IMG/VR virus record: IMGVR_UViG_3300027833_000015
Location: 64,001 to 128,000 of that record
Origin: a virus
DNA: 64,000 nt
Reading direction: 5' to 3' (one strand)
This document shows, piece by piece, positions 49,219 to 58,242 of this stretch. The notes under the pieces are model-generated. The model was not told the origin of the DNA. It worked only from the letters and a program-made list of their open reading frames with translations, and made no database searches. Numbering within the stretch: position 1 is the stretch's first letter; every line of letters begins with the position of its first letter. Position numbers and translations under genes: made by a program.

Positions 49219-49557
49219 CTATTCGGAACGCAGTTCCAAGTCAGCAATCATGTTCACCTTAGTCATCCTTCGATCAAGTTCGATATCCAGAGTTCGACCA
49301 TAGTGTTCAATCTGCGACTTATTCATACGCATCAGAGTAGCAGCACTCTTTCGATCATCCTTGACCACTTCAACTTTATCAGAATGGTGCTCTGCTTCCA
49401 CTTTATCCATCTCGTCTTCGATATCAACCAGACTCATAGTCTGATGGTGGATGATACCTAGATCTTCGCTGTCACTCTTCATGAACTTGACAACAAAGGT
49501 GATGACGATACATGCTATTGCTCCGAGAGCAAGAACCTGTGGTGATAATAAATCCAT
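49219..49557 (-). CDS. Membrane-anchored protein with small C-terminal helical (Rho-N/HeH-like) domain
   Basis: N-terminal TM; MNKSQIEHYGRTLDIELDRRMTK. Confidence 0.55.
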   Translation of the reverse strand: MDLLSPQVLALGAIACIVITFVVKFMKSDSEDLGIIHHQTMSLVDIEDEMDKVEAEHHSDKVEVVKDDRKSAATLMRMNKSQIEHYGRTLDIELDRRMTKVNMIADLELRSE

Positions 49558-49578
49558 AATAATTTCCTTAGTTTACGT

Positions 49579-51048
49579 TTAATCGTGATGAGTTTTTTGA
49601 CCAAGATTATCTTTTGTGTACCCTGTTGCCTTCATGTGCGCCTTATATGCTTTGTGGGAGTCACTACCCTTTCCACCAAGATGCTTCTTGACAAAATCAC
49701 CGTGAAACCCCTTCTTGCTACCCGACACCATGCCATTATCGTGGTTATTAGCATCTGCTGAGTGTTGCTTTACAGCGGATGCAGCGGATGCACCGTGAAC
49801 CTTTTTAATTCGGTTCAGAGTCGCCTTTGCCGCATGTCCTGCGCGTTCTGGGTCGGGGTGACCCATATCTGGATCTGAGTTACCATGGTGCTCAAAATGC
49901 TTTGCTGCAAGATGCCCCAAATCACTATTACTAGACTCCAGAATTTGACGAAGTTCTTCGATCTCCGTCTTCAGTGCATCAACTTCTTCAGTTACTTTTT
50001 TTTTAACAGGATTGACAACTGCCTTGTCGCCATTCTTGAGTTGATCAGAATTACCACGTGCTGGAGATGCTTTAGTAGCACGACCTGCTTTGGATACATC
50101 CTTGTGTCCCTGCTCTTCTTTGTCTTCGATGTCTTTCTCAGACTTCTTGTGCATAGCAATGAAGTCTTTTGACTTGTTAGACTCTTTATCAGCAATGCCT
50201 TCAGGGTTAGTTGCGCCCTTGGTGTGCTCGTCTGATTTCTCATCAAGACCTTGAAGGATAACAGCGAGGTCTTGCAACCATGCAGACTCTTCAACAGATT
50301 CTTTTCGAGTCGCTGGAACCTTTGCATACTTGCCTTTGATCTTGTCACCTGCCCAACCAGATCCAGTAACACGCTTGTCGAATTTTGCGTGAGAAGAGGC
50401 AGGTGGTTTCTTACCGCCATGATCAAACTTTGACATATGGTCTGTTGTTTGAGCGTCTGCTTTTTTCTTATATCGGGTCAACAGTTTCTTTGATAGTTCG
50501 TCCAGTTGCTCTTCGCACAGTCCATCGACAATATCTTCAACAGATTCTTTTCGAGTCGCTGGAACCTTTGCATACTTGCCTTTGATCTTGTCACCTGCCC
50601 AACCAGATCCAGTAACACGCTTGTCGAATTTTGCGTGGGATCCTGCTGGTGGTTTCTTACCGCCATGGTCGTACTTTGACATATGATCTGTTGTTTGAGC
50701 GTCTGCTTTTTTCTTGTATCGGGTCAACAGTTTCTTCGATAGTTCGTCCAGTTGCTCTTCGTCCAGACTCCCGACAAAATCTTCAACAGATTCTTTCTTG
50801 ACGCTTGGCAGGTCAGAGGCATCAGGGTTAGACTTGTCGCCTTTGCGCACTGGTGCTTTCTTGTTATGAGCAGCAGGTGCTTCTTCAACAACGTCTGCTT
50901 TGTTCTTCTTATTGCGGAGGTCAGCAAGGTCGTCGCCTTCGATGTCACCATCGTTATCGACGTCGAGTGCTTTCTGCTTGTCAGAAAGTTTCTTCTCTTG
51001 TACTTCCTGGAACGCAGTCCAGATTGCTTCGATTTCTTTAATGTCCAT
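49579..51048 (-). CDS. Modular putative internal head protein with tandem duplication
   Basis: LDVDNDGDIEGDDL motif; KESVE linkers; 82-aa duplicated module. Confidence 0.7.
   Translation of the reverse strand: MDIKEIEAIWTAFQEVQEKKLSDKQKALDVDNDGDIEGDDLADLRNKKNKADVVEEAPAAHNKKAPVRKGDKSNPDASDLPSVKKESVEDFVGSLDEEQLDELSKKLLTRYKKKADAQTTDHMSKYDHGGKKPPAGSHAKFDKRVTGSGWAGDKIKGKYAKVPATRKESVEDIVDGLCEEQLDELSKKLLTRYKKKADAQTTDHMSKFDHGGKKPPASSHAKFDKRVTGSGWAGDKIKGKYAKVPATRKESVEESAWLQDLAVILQGLDEKSDEHTKGATNPEGIADKESNKSKDFIAMHKKSEKDIEDKEEQGHKDVSKAGRATKASPARGNSDQLKNGDKAVVNPVKKKVTEEVDALKTEIEELRQILESSNSDLGHLAAKHFEHHGNSDPDMGHPDPERAGHAAKATLNRIKKVHGASAASAVKQHSADANNHDNGMVSGSKKGFHGDFVKKHLGGKGSDSHKAYKAHMKATGYTKDNLGQKTHHD
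50288..50795 (-). repeat. Tandem 246-bp direct repeat (two copies plus a linker)
   Basis: TCTTCAACAGATTCTTT recurs at 50288, 50534 and 50780; the two units are nearly identical. Confidence 0.95.
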
Positions 51049-51064
51049 CTTGATACCTATTGTA

Positions 51065-51418
51065 TTATTCGTTTGAGTCGGTTCTATTTATACTATCTTC
51101 ATAGTACACTATTATACTTTGTTGCTGCTCGATGTATCTTCTTATTTCTGCCATGTTTAGTGACAAATTCTCATAGTCAGGAACCGAGATAGCGATATAG
51201 ACGTTGTCACCAGTTTCTTTCCTAAACTCCACCTTGAACTGTTCTTCGTTCTGAGGAGTAACAACGCGCCACTCTATGTCTTGCATTACGACAGCACGTG
51301 GACGACCCTTTGGTTCTATAACCTGATCGACATATTCAATTTTAGTTATTGTCTTTCCAGCACATCCGCTAATTAGCAGTAATAGACTCAAGGTTATCAA
51401 ATACCTTACGTGTACCAT
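51065..51418 (-). CDS. Outer-membrane spanin (Rz1-like lipoprotein)
   Basis: Lipobox LISGC; overlaps the upstream coiled-coil membrane gene. Confidence 0.75.
   Translation of the reverse strand: MVHVRYLITLSLLLLISGCAGKTITKIEYVDQVIEPKGRPRAVVMQDIEWRVVTPQNEEQFKVEFRKETGDNVYIAISVPDYENLSLNMAEIRRYIEQQQSIIVYYEDSINRTDSNE
51085..51092 (-). promoter_or_regulatory. Late promoter TATAAATA upstream of the 489-aa gene
   Basis: Exact consensus 37 nt upstream of the ATG. Confidence 0.6.
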
Positions 51419-51749
51419 TGTTTATAATCCTTTCTATCATTTCAGGTTTCCGTGTAGCAAGATTAGTCAGTTGATGATCCCTGAATATCTGCAACACCTC
51501 TTCGCGTTTCTCTTCAGCACTAAGCATGTTGGCAGAAAGTTCAACGTTCAACTCTGCCTGTGCTCTTGCTTGCTCGAGCAACTGCCCAACAGCAGCAGCG
51601 TTAGCAATTGCTGTTTCTTCAAGCACAGCGTTCTCTGCTATAAGGTTGTCTATCTTCTTGACCTGCCACCACACAATACCAGAAACACCACCAACTATAG
51701 TGGTGATGACAACTGCTATGATTGCATACTTCTGTACTGCACCAAACAT
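51369..51749 (-). CDS. Inner-membrane spanin (Rz-like)
   Basis: N-terminal TM followed by coiled coil, KPEMIERIINNGT. Confidence 0.75.
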   Translation of the reverse strand: MFGAVQKYAIIAVVITTIVGGVSGIVWWQVKKIDNLIAENAVLEETAIANAAAVGQLLEQARAQAELNVELSANMLSAEEKREEVLQIFRDHQLTNLATRKPEMIERIINNGTRKVFDNLESITAN

Positions 51750-51750
51750 T

Positions 51751-54726
51751 TTACTTCATTCCTCTCAGTGCTTTGGTCATCAACACGACGAACTTACGCT
51801 TGTCGACAGGTTTCTGTATAGCATCATGCTTCTTCAGAAGAGCATCGATCTTACCTTTGCTCAACGCCACAGTACGAGTTGGCGAGACGAGAACATCGCC
51901 AGTTTTGTCGCCATGGTTCATAGAGTCTTGCGCGATACGGAGTTGCATGATGATGTTACGATCAGAAGCATCAGCAGAACCTTTGTGGGTTTTGCCCTTG
52001 GCAGTCTTTGTAGTAGTCTTCGCCTTTGGTGCTGCTTTCTTCGCTTTCTTCTCTGCTGCAACTGCTGCTTGTGCCTTTGCTTTCAGAGCGCGGAACTCTG
52101 GACCACGTGGTATGTTCTTTGGACCACCAACCATATCTTGCATCTTCTTGACTACAACATCAGACAGTGCTTCGTTGACTTTGCCCCAGTTACCTGAGAT
52201 TGAATCTGTCATAGTATCTTCTCCAAGTGATTTCTTTTTCTTCCTCAGCGCGACCAGTTTTTCGAGGTAGTGCTTACGCTGCCAGTGCTGGTCTGCTTGT
52301 GTTGGGTTCATTGGTCGTCTTTTGTGATCTGCCTGACCCTGTTTGATTTCTTGGGTAGTGTCTTTGATTTCACGGTTGACCTCTTTCATAGACCACTTTG
52401 GGTTTATATTGAGGACTAACTTTCTGCCTTCTTCAACTTGCCTGAAAGATTCGTTTTTCTGTTCTTTCTTTGCGTCATCGTATGCGCGTCTTGCTACCTG
52501 TTTGATTATCTTGCCTATGGCATGTGTAGTTTGACGTTGCGTTGAAGACATATCGTCCCCGTACACTATTTTGCCCTGCTCCTTCGCCTTTTTTTCTCCC
52601 TTGTTAAAACGAGGGTTTTGGCCAAGATTCCTCTTCTCTCCACTGGCCATTGTTCTTATATAACCTTTCTGTAGAGTTCCGAGTTTCGCTGCCACCTTTG
52701 CATCAACTGTCTTGAAAACATACTTATCAAGTTTGTCTCGACCACCTTGTTTAAATGCAGCAACGCCATCTTTCCTGACGAAGACGACAGACCTGACGAT
52801 CTTATCAAACTCGGGGTCTGCTTCCATTGCCATACGAATTTGATCTTCTAGTGCTTTGTCTTTCGCTTTTCTCTTATTTTTCTTGGTTGGTATTGCGGCA
52901 CCGACAGCAACAATAAAATCACGAATATCGTTCAACACGCCTTCATCAACTTGCTCGACAGATTCCATTCGACCTTGTACCTTATTCGTTGTATAACTAC
53001 CAACCTTGGTAGTCTTATTTGCGTTGTCAGCATACTTCTTTGCTGCTGATGCTGATTTGAAATTCTTTGAAGACGAATCTGCTTTGCCTTTCTCGTCGCG
53101 GAACTGGACGGAGAAATATGCTTCTTCAACTTGCTCAACAGATTCTTTGACACCCTTATACTTCTTTATTCCTTTTGCTACTTCCTTCTTCGCAGCGGTT
53201 TTACTAGAAATCCTCTCGATTTGTTGTATTGCACTTTGGTAAAAATTACTATCATATCTACTGAGAGTTTTTGGGAGTCCTCCAGATTTCTTGAGGTAGT
53301 GGTTTATGGTGTCTTTTGCATCATCAAGTAGTTCTGGTTCTTTCTCTTTTCGCGCTTGCGAACGATCCGCATCGTTCTGTTTACGGATACGCATAACGGA
53401 CGACCTTGTTGGTCCCCAAGTATTGAGACCGTGCACGCCACCGCCACGCGTGGACTCATCAACTTGCTGGACTGCTTCCCTGATGCTGACGTTTGGTGCA
53501 GGGTGTACGCTCGCAGACGGGTGGATCTCGATGAACTTTTCTCTGCCCGTCTCCATGTCCATTATCCTGCCTACAAAATCTTCGTCATTGTTATCTCTAC
53601 CCAGTTCAACATAGACAAAATACTTCTTTCCAACCAGTTCGACGGAAAGTCTTACGATCTTCTTCTTCTTTGACTTCGCCAGTTTGAATATGTTAGTCAC
53701 GACTCGTTTTACTTTTGCTGGTAAGTCGTCTTTGGACAGATAATTAGAAGATGCTTCGAGAACCTGCTGGTATGACTCAGTAGATGCGACCTTCGCTGTA
53801 CCAGTCTGCTTCTTGAGTCCTAACTTGATTCCTTTCTCTCGCTTGGCGCGGAGTTTAGAATCGCCTCTGGTCTTTGCATCGTCAGACTGATGCATAGACT
53901 TCGACAAGTAGTTGTGGACTTTGTCGTTTGACAACTCATCCAACTTGCTTGATTCTTTAGGGACACAATTCGGTACGGTCTTACCACCTTTCTTCTTGGT
54001 GCCTACCTGCTTGTGCGAGTCCCAACATGCTTCTGTTTGGACATCTTGGTGTGCGGGAACCATCTTGACACCAGTAGTGCCATCTGGTTTCTTGAATTTT
54101 ACTGGTTTCTTTGCAGAAGAATTTGGGTCACCTGCGTCTTCAGATACCCGATCATTCTCGCGCTCTTGCTTCTTGGCGAGTCGAACCTTTTGATTCGCGT
54201 GTCGCAGTTTCATTCTTGCTGAGTCCTTTTCTGATTTGGCGTTTTCGACAGATTCCTTTTGCAGTTCCGAACTTTGCATTCTATGCGATACGAGCGAGGA
54301 ATTATCTGCGAGACTAACACCATGAATGCCTTTCTTAGCAAGACCAGTCGCAGTACGATTGACTTTAACTTTCTTTCCATGTAACTCATGACCTTTCTTG
54401 TTCACTACACGAGTTGATCCCATCGGGTGTGGGTTCTTTGCTTCATCAACTTGCTCGACAGATTCGTTCTTGCTGTGTGTCCAACCTCTTGCCTTCAATA
54501 CAAGGTGGGTCGCTTTGCTATCTGCGCGCTTCGTCTCGCCTGTGTCTGGATGGAACATATCATGGGGTACAAACTCGTCAGCAGACTCATACCTGTTCGA
54601 GTGCTTGCTGTAACCACGCTTGTCGTCTTTCTTACGGTCGCGTTGGACAGTTGCCTTGTTGAAAGTTCTCATGTGTTTCGCAACTGGGTTGCCTTTGTTT
54701 GACGGTGGTGTGCTTTTATCTTTCAT
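51751..54726 (-). CDS. Large Lys-rich modular polyprotein, putative internal head protein
   Basis: Repeated ESVEQV(D/E)E-type linkers; modules include CWDSHKQVGTKKKGGKTVPNCV. Confidence 0.7.
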   Translation of the reverse strand: MKDKSTPPSNKGNPVAKHMRTFNKATVQRDRKKDDKRGYSKHSNRYESADEFVPHDMFHPDTGETKRADSKATHLVLKARGWTHSKNESVEQVDEAKNPHPMGSTRVVNKKGHELHGKKVKVNRTATGLAKKGIHGVSLADNSSLVSHRMQSSELQKESVENAKSEKDSARMKLRHANQKVRLAKKQERENDRVSEDAGDPNSSAKKPVKFKKPDGTTGVKMVPAHQDVQTEACWDSHKQVGTKKKGGKTVPNCVPKESSKLDELSNDKVHNYLSKSMHQSDDAKTRGDSKLRAKREKGIKLGLKKQTGTAKVASTESYQQVLEASSNYLSKDDLPAKVKRVVTNIFKLAKSKKKKIVRLSVELVGKKYFVYVELGRDNNDEDFVGRIMDMETGREKFIEIHPSASVHPAPNVSIREAVQQVDESTRGGGVHGLNTWGPTRSSVMRIRKQNDADRSQARKEKEPELLDDAKDTINHYLKKSGGLPKTLSRYDSNFYQSAIQQIERISSKTAAKKEVAKGIKKYKGVKESVEQVEEAYFSVQFRDEKGKADSSSKNFKSASAAKKYADNANKTTKVGSYTTNKVQGRMESVEQVDEGVLNDIRDFIVAVGAAIPTKKNKRKAKDKALEDQIRMAMEADPEFDKIVRSVVFVRKDGVAAFKQGGRDKLDKYVFKTVDAKVAAKLGTLQKGYIRTMASGEKRNLGQNPRFNKGEKKAKEQGKIVYGDDMSSTQRQTTHAIGKIIKQVARRAYDDAKKEQKNESFRQVEEGRKLVLNINPKWSMKEVNREIKDTTQEIKQGQADHKRRPMNPTQADQHWQRKHYLEKLVALRKKKKSLGEDTMTDSISGNWGKVNEALSDVVVKKMQDMVGGPKNIPRGPEFRALKAKAQAAVAAEKKAKKAAPKAKTTTKTAKGKTHKGSADASDRNIIMQLRIAQDSMNHGDKTGDVLVSPTRTVALSKGKIDALLKKHDAIQKPVDKRKFVVLMTKALRGMK

Positions 54727-54911
54727 GGGTTGCCTTTGTAATTTAGTGTAACTTCTTTACCCTGATATGTTGCTTCGGTGAACTCTTTAAACGACTTCAT
54801 GCCCGTCTCATTTGGCGTCAACTTCTTTGCTCGACGAACAGAGGCATCCGTGCCCCACTCATGCTTACATGGATCATACTGATCTGATTTCTTGTCCGTC
54901 TTTTTTCGCAT
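54723..54911 (-). CDS. Small basic protein
   Basis: HEWGTD..KKLTP then MKSFKEFTE; coupled to neighbours. Confidence 0.55.
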   Translation of the reverse strand: MRKKTDKKSDQYDPCKHEWGTDASVRRAKKLTPNETGMKSFKEFTEATYQGKEVTLNYKGNP

Positions 54912-55061
54912 TTATCTTAACTTCTTCAACTCAAGTTCGTGGTGCTTGACTTTCTTCTTATCGAAGAACCGTGTACCCTTCAAGGCATGCAGTTTCATAA
55001 GAGCATCTTGATGAAACTTCTTATCTTCTTTGCCCTCATTAAACTCTCTGAACCTTATCAT
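54912..55061 (-). CDS. Small basic protein (49 aa) with capsid-targeting-like leader
   Basis: MIRFREFNEGKEDKKFHQDALMKL...KKLR*; follows a late promoter. Confidence 0.6.
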   Translation of the reverse strand: MIRFREFNEGKEDKKFHQDALMKLHALKGTRFFDKKKVKHHELELKKLR

Positions 55062-55085
55062 ACTACACCTTTATTGTTGTGGTTG

Positions 55086-55093
55086 TATTTATA
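55086..55093 (-). promoter_or_regulatory. Late promoter TATAAATA
   Basis: Exact consensus. Confidence 0.7.
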
Positions 55094-55097
55094 TATA

Positions 55098-55274
55098 CTA
55101 ATCATCAACATACTGTTCTGGGAATTGTGCTCGATGAGCGAGATTCATGAGTTCCTCAGTAGTAAATTGTTGTACGGGTGTGTCATCGGGATAGGAAACG
55201 ACGGTCATATCATTCAAACCGAACGCTGCGCTTCCTATTATTACCCATCCAAAACCTGCTGGTCTAGTTATCAT
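55098..55274 (-). CDS. Small hypothetical protein
   Basis: MITRPAGFGW...; ATGA overlap with the upstream gene. Confidence 0.5.
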   Translation of the reverse strand: MITRPAGFGWVIIGSAAFGLNDMTVVSYPDDTPVQQFTTEELMNLAHRAQFPEQYVDD

Positions 55275-56368
55275 GCTGTGCCTCCGTCGGCAATAATCCA
55301 ACCATAAGTGTCCACCAGCGTCTGTCGCGCTGCTGCTGCTGCGCCACCAGCAGTATATGTACTGCCACCAAACTTTACGTTATCTACATCAAACGGTGCT
55401 TGCGCTGCCCATGCAATTAACAAGGCATCGTATGTTGCGGTCGACATTTTTGCGGGTGCATCAAGAAAGCGATTGTCGAGAGAATTAGAACTATTTAAAG
55501 ATGATATATCCCATGTCTCTATTCCAGAAAGGTCGACAATATTGTCGAGATCTCTAAACATACTATTCATAGACTCTGCACTCGATGTATCAAGATTCGA
55601 CACATCTACAGTAGTTAATGCTGACGGTGCGAGCGAGGATCTAAAGAATGCGTTAAAATTTGTGATGCCACTTGTGTCAAATCCAGAACCAGAAAAGTCG
55701 ACATTGACTAACAGAGGGCAGTCGCGTAAAAATTCTTGCATTTTGTTTCCAACCATATTCATCGTAGTTGAACCTACGGTGAAGTCTGTTAGGTTACTGC
55801 AACCCTTGAATCCTCTTTTCAGGTTTCTCCAGTTTACATTACCCAACTGAAGAACCTTCTTGATTTTATCTTTGCTTACGGCATTGCCACCAAATCCGAG
55901 TCCTGGAAAACTTCCTGTAATGCGAACAGTATACTCGCCAGCAGTAGCATAAGTGTGTGTAAGACCAGAATCATTGAATGCGGTTACTGTTGTGTTGGCA
56001 GTACCGTCACCCCAATCAATGACTGCATTGACTGTTCCTATATTTCCTCCTATACTGGACATATCACATGGCCATGTAATACTTTCTCCGTCTGCTGTAG
56101 TTTCCCATAAAGTTTTGAATGATAGGTCGGGGTCGACCTCATCATATAATGCGCCTTGAGCATCCCAGAAATTCTTGCTGAGTTCGCCCATGTCTTCGCT
56201 CGTAGAACCCTTCCTTCGAACTCGGGTGTACGTTGAGAATATGCCGTTGACACGAATGCCGCCAGATTGTTTTAACCACAAAGGGCGCATTCTACTCTTT
56301 GGTCCTGGATCTACAGGTGAGTCGTTATACTCCCAATGGGGATTATTTGGGATGTCTCTCCACGCCAT
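55271..56368 (-). CDS. PKD-like plus BspA/DUF285 leucine-rich-repeat protein
   Basis: IDWGDGT..HTYATAGEYTVRITG; DTSSAESMNSMF, ETWDISS; YDALLIAWA; YGWIIADGG. Confidence 0.8.
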   Translation of the reverse strand: MAWRDIPNNPHWEYNDSPVDPGPKSRMRPLWLKQSGGIRVNGIFSTYTRVRRKGSTSEDMGELSKNFWDAQGALYDEVDPDLSFKTLWETTADGESITWPCDMSSIGGNIGTVNAVIDWGDGTANTTVTAFNDSGLTHTYATAGEYTVRITGSFPGLGFGGNAVSKDKIKKVLQLGNVNWRNLKRGFKGCSNLTDFTVGSTTMNMVGNKMQEFLRDCPLLVNVDFSGSGFDTSGITNFNAFFRSSLAPSALTTVDVSNLDTSSAESMNSMFRDLDNIVDLSGIETWDISSLNSSNSLDNRFLDAPAKMSTATYDALLIAWAAQAPFDVDNVKFGGSTYTAGGAAAAARQTLVDTYGWIIADGGTA

Positions 56369-56407
56369 TTACGGTCTATCCTTGTATTGTGAATGTAATC
56401 TTTCAAC

Positions 56408-56415
56408 TATTTATA
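56408..56415 (-). promoter_or_regulatory. Late promoter TATAAATA
   Basis: Exact consensus. Confidence 0.7.
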
Positions 56416-56449
56416 CAATTCACAATTTAGGATAGACACAAGGGGGAGT

Positions 56450-56836
56450 TTAGATTATGAACCAGTTTGTACCATTGCTTACGATAGTCACAGACTCCCA
56501 TTGGGCAGAAAGAACTTTAGTTGCATTACCATCAATCGTCTCTGCTGCATTAGCATCGAGCGTGACTGTGTTGGCAGCAGCAGTTTTCTTAACTATAAAC
56601 GTCTTGCCTTGATTAGCAACTGCTGTTGGGAGAACAATTGTAATCGAATTACTTGTTGTGTCCACGATAAAGATGCCATCGTCGTTTGTCGCAGTGGCAT
56701 TAGTGATTAAGTTTGTGACAGTATAGAGGGCAAAAATCTGTTCGAAGTTTGAATTCATTTTCATCCCAGCAGACCGAAGAGTGTCACCGTTTCCGTCGTT
56801 TCCAGTTTGACCAAGGTTCAGTAATTGTACGAGCAT
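56450..56836 (-). CDS. Small structural protein with gp9/gp10-like N-terminal motif
   Basis: LNLGQTGNDGNGDTLRSAGMKMNSNF; fibre-type domain ITIVLP..TIDG..SNGTNW. Confidence 0.7.
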   Translation of the reverse strand: MLVQLLNLGQTGNDGNGDTLRSAGMKMNSNFEQIFALYTVTNLITNATATNDDGIFIVDTTSNSITIVLPTAVANQGKTFIVKKTAAANTVTLDANAAETIDGNATKVLSAQWESVTIVSNGTNWFII

Positions 56837-56854
56837 GGGTATATTCCTAATTGA

Positions 56855-57853
56855 TTATTTGATTCGTGATGCGAATGGGGTTATTCTTTTCTTCATCGCT
56901 TTCTGAAGACCAGCATTCTTTGATGCGTTTACTGTGGCATATCGTTTCTTGCCGCCACGGACAGGGTTTGGTATAAACTCTGCGCCAGTTGGTGCAGGGA
57001 TAAACTCTGCGCTTGACGGTATGTCGCTTCCTTCCTCGACTTTCTCAACTGCGTCCAACCATTTACGCTTAAACGTCTCTTCGCCCAGTTGGACTATTAT
57101 ATAGTTGCTACCGAGGTGTGTTATAATACCGACTTCGTCAGACTCCCTGACAACCACTTGGTCGCCCAGTTCAAACAGTTCGCCTTTGACAAACTTCTCT
57201 CGAGTCTCTGATACTGGTTCCAGTTCAACGTGCCGACTGAATACTGTATTCTCTTTGAGTCCCATACCTGAGCGCACATCCATATAGAGTTTCTTGGCGT
57301 CCTTGTTATTCATGCCACCCAGACCCTGCGAGAAATCAGCAAAGTTGTTGTCAGCAGCATGCTTACGCATCTTAGATGCCGACATACCATCAACTCCATC
57401 TGAATCTGGATCACGTTCACCAGCAGAGACGATATTGATTGACTGGAAGTTATAGAAACCGTGGTTGCCCTTCACACCATTGTACTTGTCGAGCAAGGTC
57501 TTGAACTCACGGACTCGGTCAGAACCAACAACCATAGTGACGGTCTTGAACCCTTGGTCGTAGAGATACGATGCTGCGTCAAATGGAGTGCGGACTTTCT
57601 TGTTCACGATAATCCTTCGCGCGTGTCTCGGGAACATCTTACGAACGTGCTTGACTTTATCGGTGTATGATAGTGGGTTCTTCTTGGCGTCTTGCGACTG
57701 AGACAAGAATACGAAATATGGGTTCTTACCAGATGCCTTGCCGAGTTTGTCGAGAAGTTTCTCGTGCCCGACAGTCGGTGGGTTCATACGACCGAATGTG
57801 AAGTATGCTGCCTTGCCGTCTTCAATAAGGTAGTCTTTGAATGATATAGGCAT
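56855..57853 (-). CDS. HxGH-family nucleotidyltransferase (cytidyltransferase-like)
   Basis: FTFGRMNPPTVGH, KNPL, VVGSDR, SAGERDPD, MSASKMR. Confidence 0.85.
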   Translation of the reverse strand: MPISFKDYLIEDGKAAYFTFGRMNPPTVGHEKLLDKLGKASGKNPYFVFLSQSQDAKKNPLSYTDKVKHVRKMFPRHARRIIVNKKVRTPFDAASYLYDQGFKTVTMVVGSDRVREFKTLLDKYNGVKGNHGFYNFQSINIVSAGERDPDSDGVDGMSASKMRKHAADNNFADFSQGLGGMNNKDAKKLYMDVRSGMGLKENTVFSRHVELEPVSETREKFVKGELFELGDQVVVRESDEVGIITHLGSNYIIVQLGEETFKRKWLDAVEKVEEGSDIPSSAEFIPAPTGAEFIPNPVRGGKKRYATVNASKNAGLQKAMKKRITPFASRIK

Positions 57854-57854
57854 C

Positions 57855-58241
57855 TTACTTGTCGTCCTTACCTTTGTTTGCTTTGCGTTCTCTGTCCTGC
57901 TTGCGTATCGCTGGAATCATTTTCTTGGCCAGACGCGCAATGACTGCTGACTTCTTTGCCAGACGCTTTTCAATATCAGTCCGTCGAGAGAAAGACAATT
58001 CATCTTTGCCCGCACCCTTGGTCAACTTCTTCATCATTACAATTCTTGCTTGCCTGTTAGCGCGTTTCTTGACAGTGTCCATGTTAGGCGTTCTGCGCGC
58101 AGCACGTTCGCGACCAATCTTCATACGATTCTTCATCTTCTTCATGCGAAGAGATGCTTTGATTCTCTGTGAATGCGTGAGTGCCTCATCAGTCTGTTCG
58201 ACCTCTTGACTCTCCATAAACTCTATTAACGACTTCGGCAT
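57855..58241 (-). CDS. Basic hypothetical protein
   Basis: MPKSLIEFME..DEALTHSQRIK; Arg/Lys-rich. Confidence 0.65.
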   Translation of the reverse strand: MPKSLIEFMESQEVEQTDEALTHSQRIKASLRMKKMKNRMKIGRERAARRTPNMDTVKKRANRQARIVMMKKLTKGAGKDELSFSRRTDIEKRLAKKSAVIARLAKKMIPAIRKQDRERKANKGKDDK

Positions 58242-58242
58242 T

